37,526 nucleotides of DNA from Acidobacteriota bacterium (GTDB taxonomy: Bacteria > Acidobacteriota > Vicinamibacteria > Vicinamibacterales > UBA2999). The notes beneath the pieces are model-generated. The model searched no databases, was not told the origin of the DNA, and saw only the letters and a list, made by a program, of their open reading frames with translations. Positions 33,910 through 37,526 of this stretch are shown piece by piece (the stretch's first letter is position 1; each line of letters starts with the position of its first letter). The translations under genes were made by a program, and so were the position numbers. The DNA is taken from assembly GCA_021731095.1 (NCBI GenBank), contig JAKFYA010000033.1, positions 1-37,526 of the forward strand. Direction: 5' to 3'.

Positions 33910-35820
33910 GTGTCCAAGTCCCGCATCCTGATTGTCGAAGACGAAGGCATCGTCGCCACCGATATCGAGCGCCAGTTGCTGGCGCTGGGCTACGAACCTG
34001 CTGGAATCGCGGTCTCTGGCGAGGAGGCCGTCGTTCTGGCCGCGCGCGAGCGGCCGGACCTGGTGCTGATGGATATTCATCTCGCCGGCGAGATGGACGG
34101 CATCCAGGCCGCGACAGTCATCCGGAACACGTGTGGCATTCCTGCGGTCTTCCTGACCGCGTATGCCTCAGAGGACGTGGTGGAGCGCGCCAAGGATGCG
34201 TCGCCCCTCGGTTACATCATCAAGCCGTTCGAGGTAGCGGAACTTCGAACCACTGTCGAGATTGCGCTGCACAAGCATCTGCTGGACGCACGTCTCCGTG
34301 CCAGCGAGGCAAGGTTCAGGGCGCTCTTCGATTCGGTTCGAGATGCCGTCATCACGGTGGATGCCTCAGGACGCATTGTGGGCTGGAGCCCGTCTGCGAC
34401 GGCCCTGTCCGGGTATGCGCCTGACGAAGCGGTCGGTCGTCACATGGATTTCCTCTTGTCGGATGAGGAACGTGAGCGCGTTCTTCGCGAGCTCGAATTG
34501 GCGTTCGACCCTTCCTCGCTGGTCACGCTTCCGCCAGTCAGAGAGGCCACCGCGGTGCTGAAGAGCGGGGCACGCCTGCCGGTGGAGTTTTCCTTTTCGG
34601 TCTGGCACAACGCAGAGGGCAGCTTTCTGACGGCCCTCGTTCGGGATGTCTCCGAACGACGGCGCCTGGAAGCGCAGTTCCTCCAGGCCCAGAAGATGGA
34701 AGTGGTGGGCCGACTCGCTGGGGGCGTCGCGCACGACTTCAACAACCTGCTTACCGTCATCAACGGCACGAGCGACCTGGTGCTTCTTGATATTGCCGAG
34801 GACAATCCGATTCGCGACGATTTCCAGCAGATCAAGGACGCAGGCGAGCGGGCGGCCAGACTGACGCGGCAGTTGCTGGCGTTCAGTCGCAAGCAACTCG
34901 CGGCGCCGGTGGTTCTGCACATGGGCACCCAGGTCGCCGCGACCGCGAAGATGCTGCAGCGGCTCATCGGCGAGGATGTGCATCTGGTGGTTAACAGCGA
35001 CCAGGACCAGGGCCATGTGCGGATTGACGCAGGCTACTTCGAACAGATTCTGCTCAACCTTTCTGTGAACGCCAGAGATGCCATGCCGAAGGGCGGTTCA
35101 CTGGTGATCGAGACTAGGCGGACGCACCTCGAGTCGGCATTGGCACGTAACCGTCCGGGGGTGGTGCCAGGGCGGTTTGTCCTGCTATCGGTGACAGACA
35201 CAGGCACCGGCATTGCGCCGGACGTTCGCGAACGAATCTTCGAGCCATTCTTCACGACCAAGGCGGAAGGGAACGGCACTGGTCTTGGTCTGGCCACTGT
35301 GCAGCACCTCGTCCGCGAGAGCGGCGGTTACATCACCGTGGACAGTGAACCCGGTGCAGGAGCTCGGTTCAACGTTTACCTGCCAGAAGTGTCGGTGCCG
35401 TTGGAAGGGGCTGACGGTCCGCCCGCCGGTCCGATTCGAGGCAGCGAAGTCGTGCTCATCGTTGAGGACGACAAGGTTCTGCTGGAGGTGATGACGCGAA
35501 TGCTGAGTAGTGCGGGCTATACCGCGTTGAGTGCCAGCAGTGGATCCCTGGCGCTGGAGTTGCTAGCGGCGAACAAGGCCCGCGTGGACCTGCTGTTGGC
35601 GGATGTCGTGATGCCTGGCATGGCGGGACCCGAACTGGCTGCGGAGGTCACACGGCGCTGGCCGACTGTGAAGGTGCTCTTCACGTCGGGGTATGTCGGA
35701 GACCGCATCAGCCCGGAGACACTGGGTCCGAACGCCCACTTCATCGCCAAGCCCTTTACGGGAACGGCGCTCACGCACAAGATTCGGGAGACGCTGGACG
35801 GAACCCCGGTGGCAGACTGA
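33910..35820 (+). CDS. Hybrid histidine kinase/response regulator: REC, PAS, HisKA, HATPase_c, REC
   Basis: 636 aa, GTG start 3 nt after the upstream stop. REC1 reads [11 protein letters not shown]...DLVLMDIHL...KPF. The PAS reads [25 protein letters not shown]. The H-box reads [16 protein letters not shown] boxes read [26 protein letters not shown]2 reads VLIVEDD...[12 protein letters not shown]...KPF. Confidence 0.92.
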   Translation: MSKSRILIVEDEGIVATDIERQLLALGYEPAGIAVSGEEAVVLAARERPDLVLMDIHLAGEMDGIQAATVIRNTCGIPAVFLTAYASEDVVERAKDASPLGYIIKPFEVAELRTTVEIALHKHLLDARLRASEARFRALFDSVRDAVITVDASGRIVGWSPSATALSGYAPDEAVGRHMDFLLSDEERERVLRELELAFDPSSLVTLPPVREATAVLKSGARLPVEFSFSVWHNAEGSFLTALVRDVSERRRLEAQFLQAQKMEVVGRLAGGVAHDFNNLLTVINGTSDLVLLDIAEDNPIRDDFQQIKDAGERAARLTRQLLAFSRKQLAAPVVLHMGTQVAATAKMLQRLIGEDVHLVVNSDQDQGHVRIDAGYFEQILLNLSVNARDAMPKGGSLVIETRRTHLESALARNRPGVVPGRFVLLSVTDTGTGIAPDVRERIFEPFFTTKAEGNGTGLGLATVQHLVRESGGYITVDSEPGAGARFNVYLPEVSVPLEGADGPPAGPIRGSEVVLIVEDDKVLLEVMTRMLSSAGYTALSASSGSLALELLAANKARVDLLLADVVMPGMAGPELAAEVTRRWPTVKVLFTSGYVGDRISPETLGPNAHFIAKPFTGTALTHKIRETLDGTPVAD

Positions 35821-35834
35821 CACACCCCGGTGGT

Positions 35835-35972
35835 TCAGCCCAGGAGTTCCCGTGACGTCAGGTGCTCGGCGTGCGGGACACAGTTCTGGCAGATGCCGTG
35901 CGTGCTCGCCAGGGTATCGAAGGGCGGGACTTCCCCCTGGAACTCTTGGCAGTAGGTGCACCACTTCAGCAT
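35835..35972 (-). CDS. 45-aa zinc-ribbon-like mini-protein (CxxC-X21-HGICxxC)
   Basis: Below the ORF-track size cutoff; my own translation is MLKWCTYCQEFQGEVPPFDTLASTHGICQNCVPHAEHLTSRELLG. Its ATG (35972) lies inside the last codons of the upstream ORF (sequence ATGCTGA, 7-nt overlap). GC3-rich codon usage matches its neighbours. Confidence 0.45.
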   Translation of the reverse strand: MLKWCTYCQEFQGEVPPFDTLASTHGICQNCVPHAEHLTSRELLG

Positions 35973-36274
35973 GGGTTCCACCAATTGGCGTCGAGCGCGC
36001 CGGAGATCCCGGCTCGGTCATCCAGCCACGCCGAGGCCATGAGGCTGGCCGCCGATGGCACCGTGGTACCAGGGCACGCACTCAGCCGCTGATTGAACGT
36101 CTCGATGCGTGCGGCGATGGCGTCATCAAACCCGGCTGCGCGTCGTTCTGTCTCGCAGGCGGCAAGGAATGGCAGGGCGAGGTCCGCCACGAGCATCGGG
36201 ACGTTCGGCGCGACCAAGTCTGCCAGCCCGGTCAGGCCAGACCACGAAGTGTATTCGAGGTCACGTTCGACCAC
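35966..36274 (-). CDS. Hypothetical protein (start uncertain: GTG 36274 or ATG 36196)
   Basis: ORF-track frame 35966..36394 must be trimmed because its 5' part is the tRNA-Ser gene. The remaining frame (…DLEYTSWSGLTGLADLVAPNVPMLVADLALPFLAACETERRAAGFDDAIAARIETFNQRL…) has coding-like composition but no motif I recognise. Confidence 0.4.
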   Translation of the reverse strand: MVERDLEYTSWSGLTGLADLVAPNVPMLVADLALPFLAACETERRAAGFDDAIAARIETFNQRLSACPGTTVPSAASLMASAWLDDRAGISGALDANWWNPC

Positions 36275-36310
36275 CCGATGCAGGCCTGTCAAGGCAGGAC
36301 TCTCCAGAAG

Positions 36311-36400
36311 TGGCGGAGGGAGAGGGATTCGAACCCCCGATACCCTTTCGGATACAACGGTTTTCAAGACCGTCGCCATCAACCGCTCGGCCATCCCTCC
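36311..36400 (-). tRNA. tRNA-Ser (anticodon UGA), encoded CCA
   Basis: The reverse complement folds as: acceptor GGAGGGA/TCCCTCC; D arm GCCGAGCGGTTGATGGC; anticodon stem ACGGT/ACCGT with loop CTTGAAA (anticodon TGA); long variable arm TATCC-gaaa-GGGTA; T arm GGGGG-TTCGAAT-CCCTC; G + CCA. Confidence 0.92.
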
Positions 36401-36444
36401 GCAGCAGACGCCGTCTCCTGATTATGCCCGGAGACGTCCGCTCA

Positions 36445-36966
36445 CTACCACCCGAAGAATCCTCCAGGACCAATGGGCGTCCCCGACGCGCTTTCAGCGA
36501 TCCCAGGAACCGCGTTGAGGATGGCCTCCTTGCTCGTGACGAACATGCGCCGGCGCGCCTGCACTTCGGTGCCGTCGTTGCGCCGCAATACGGCGGTCAC
36601 CGTGTACTGGCCTTCGGTCATCCGCTTGATCGGATAGGTGAATCGCACCGGCGCCCGCTCTCCTTCGAGTGAAATCAGGTGCGACCCTCCGATGCCATCG
36701 GGCGTCCACCATTCGACGGTCAGCGAGCGGCTCCGCTGATCCGGTTCGACCCGCATGCGCACATCAACCATGGCGGGCTCGCTCACCAGATAGGCAGACA
36801 GGTCCATCTTCAACGCGGCCTCGCCGGATTGCCAGGGCTGCGGCACCAGGCGCGCGCCGACCGGAGGACGGAGGTTCGTCATGAGGCGCACGTCTGATGC
36901 AGTGCGGGCACAGGATGCGCTTGCAGCGCAGAGGGCGATGAGAACGGTCGCAGACAGGGACTTCAT
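36445..36966 (-). CDS. Putative lipoprotein of unknown function
   Basis: 173-aa ORF. MKSLSATVLIALCAASASC is a signal peptide with a lipobox-like A-S-A-S-C. The rest is beta-rich with no recognisable motif. Confidence 0.6.
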   Translation of the reverse strand: MKSLSATVLIALCAASASCARTASDVRLMTNLRPPVGARLVPQPWQSGEAALKMDLSAYLVSEPAMVDVRMRVEPDQRSRSLTVEWWTPDGIGGSHLISLEGERAPVRFTYPIKRMTEGQYTVTAVLRRNDGTEVQARRRMFVTSKEAILNAVPGIAESASGTPIGPGGFFGW

Positions 36967-37050
36967 GGCAGGCTCCTTTCCGTTGGGTGGATGACACTGG
37001 TCATCACCAACGGAAGGAGCAAGTGGTGGGCCGAAAGCGGGAAGTGCGAA

Positions 37051-37080
37051 TCACGTGTTTTCACTGAGGAAAACACGTGA
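37051..37080 (-). terminator. Perfect 12-bp-stem hairpin downstream of serS (probable transcription terminator or attenuating structure)
   Basis: TCACGTGTTTTC-actgag-GAAAACACGTGA read directly; it lies 68 nt after the serS stop codon. On the minus-strand RNA it is followed by UUCGCACUU (only weakly U-rich). Confidence 0.45.
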
Positions 37081-37147
37081 TCGCAGGGCGGAGTGGTGGA
37101 ACGAGGTTGTACTGCTTGAGGCCGGAACCGACGCGAATGTCTCGGTT

Positions 37148-37526
<379 letters not shown>

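Noticed and set aside
36275-36394. 5' part of ORF 35966..36394
   Set aside because: It is the reverse-strand tRNA-Ser(UGA) gene (36311-36400) translated as protein, so the ORF had to be trimmed.
35835-36400. Genomic island integrated at tRNA-Ser(UGA)
   Set aside because: There is no integrase, no direct repeat of the tRNA 3' end and no compositional change that I can see. Only two small ORFs lie between the tRNA and the kinase operon.

Overview
GC-rich bacterial chromosomal window (third codon positions are almost all G/C, so every real gene carries long spurious alternate-frame ORFs). I cannot place the phylum. A PEP-CTERM protein, HisKA_2 kinases and the GC content fit Acidobacteriota or Gemmatimonadota-like soil bacteria, but that is a guess.

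Layout:
(a) 1-7454, minus strand: truncated haemoglobin, Fdx-FNR reductase and Rrf2 regulator operon; a frameshifted RNB ribonuclease; a small His-rich protein; a P-type cation ATPase; a CPA2 antiporter.
(b) 7641-10934: tRNA-Ser(GCU), stand-alone mreB, orphan NarL-type response regulator, ferrochelatase.
(c) 11136-23478: a 12-gene, translationally coupled, plus-strand operon of soluble enzymes. In order: GDPD-like, cupin, HAD, two nucleotidyltransferase paralogues, WavE-like, an orphan, a GT-A-like enzyme, a SAM methyltransferase, a radical SAM enzyme and a GT-B. There is no transporter, polymerase or priming transferase. Five consecutive enzymes each carry a copy of the same small GxGxx...DSD..RWG Rossmann-like module. 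This is the best candidate for an undescribed system.
(d) 23578-26504: RCK-gated K+ channel, NUDIX hydrolase, PEP-CTERM trypsin-like protease.
(e) 26612-35820: two tandem paralogous sensor kinases of about 1215 aa, plus a REC-PAS-HK-REC hybrid.
(f) 35835-37526: a CxxC...HGICxxC mini-ORF overlapping an upstream small ORF, tRNA-Ser(UGA), a lipoprotein, a perfect palindrome and the 3' part of serS.

I saw no CRISPR array, no intact mobile element and no recognisable defence genes.
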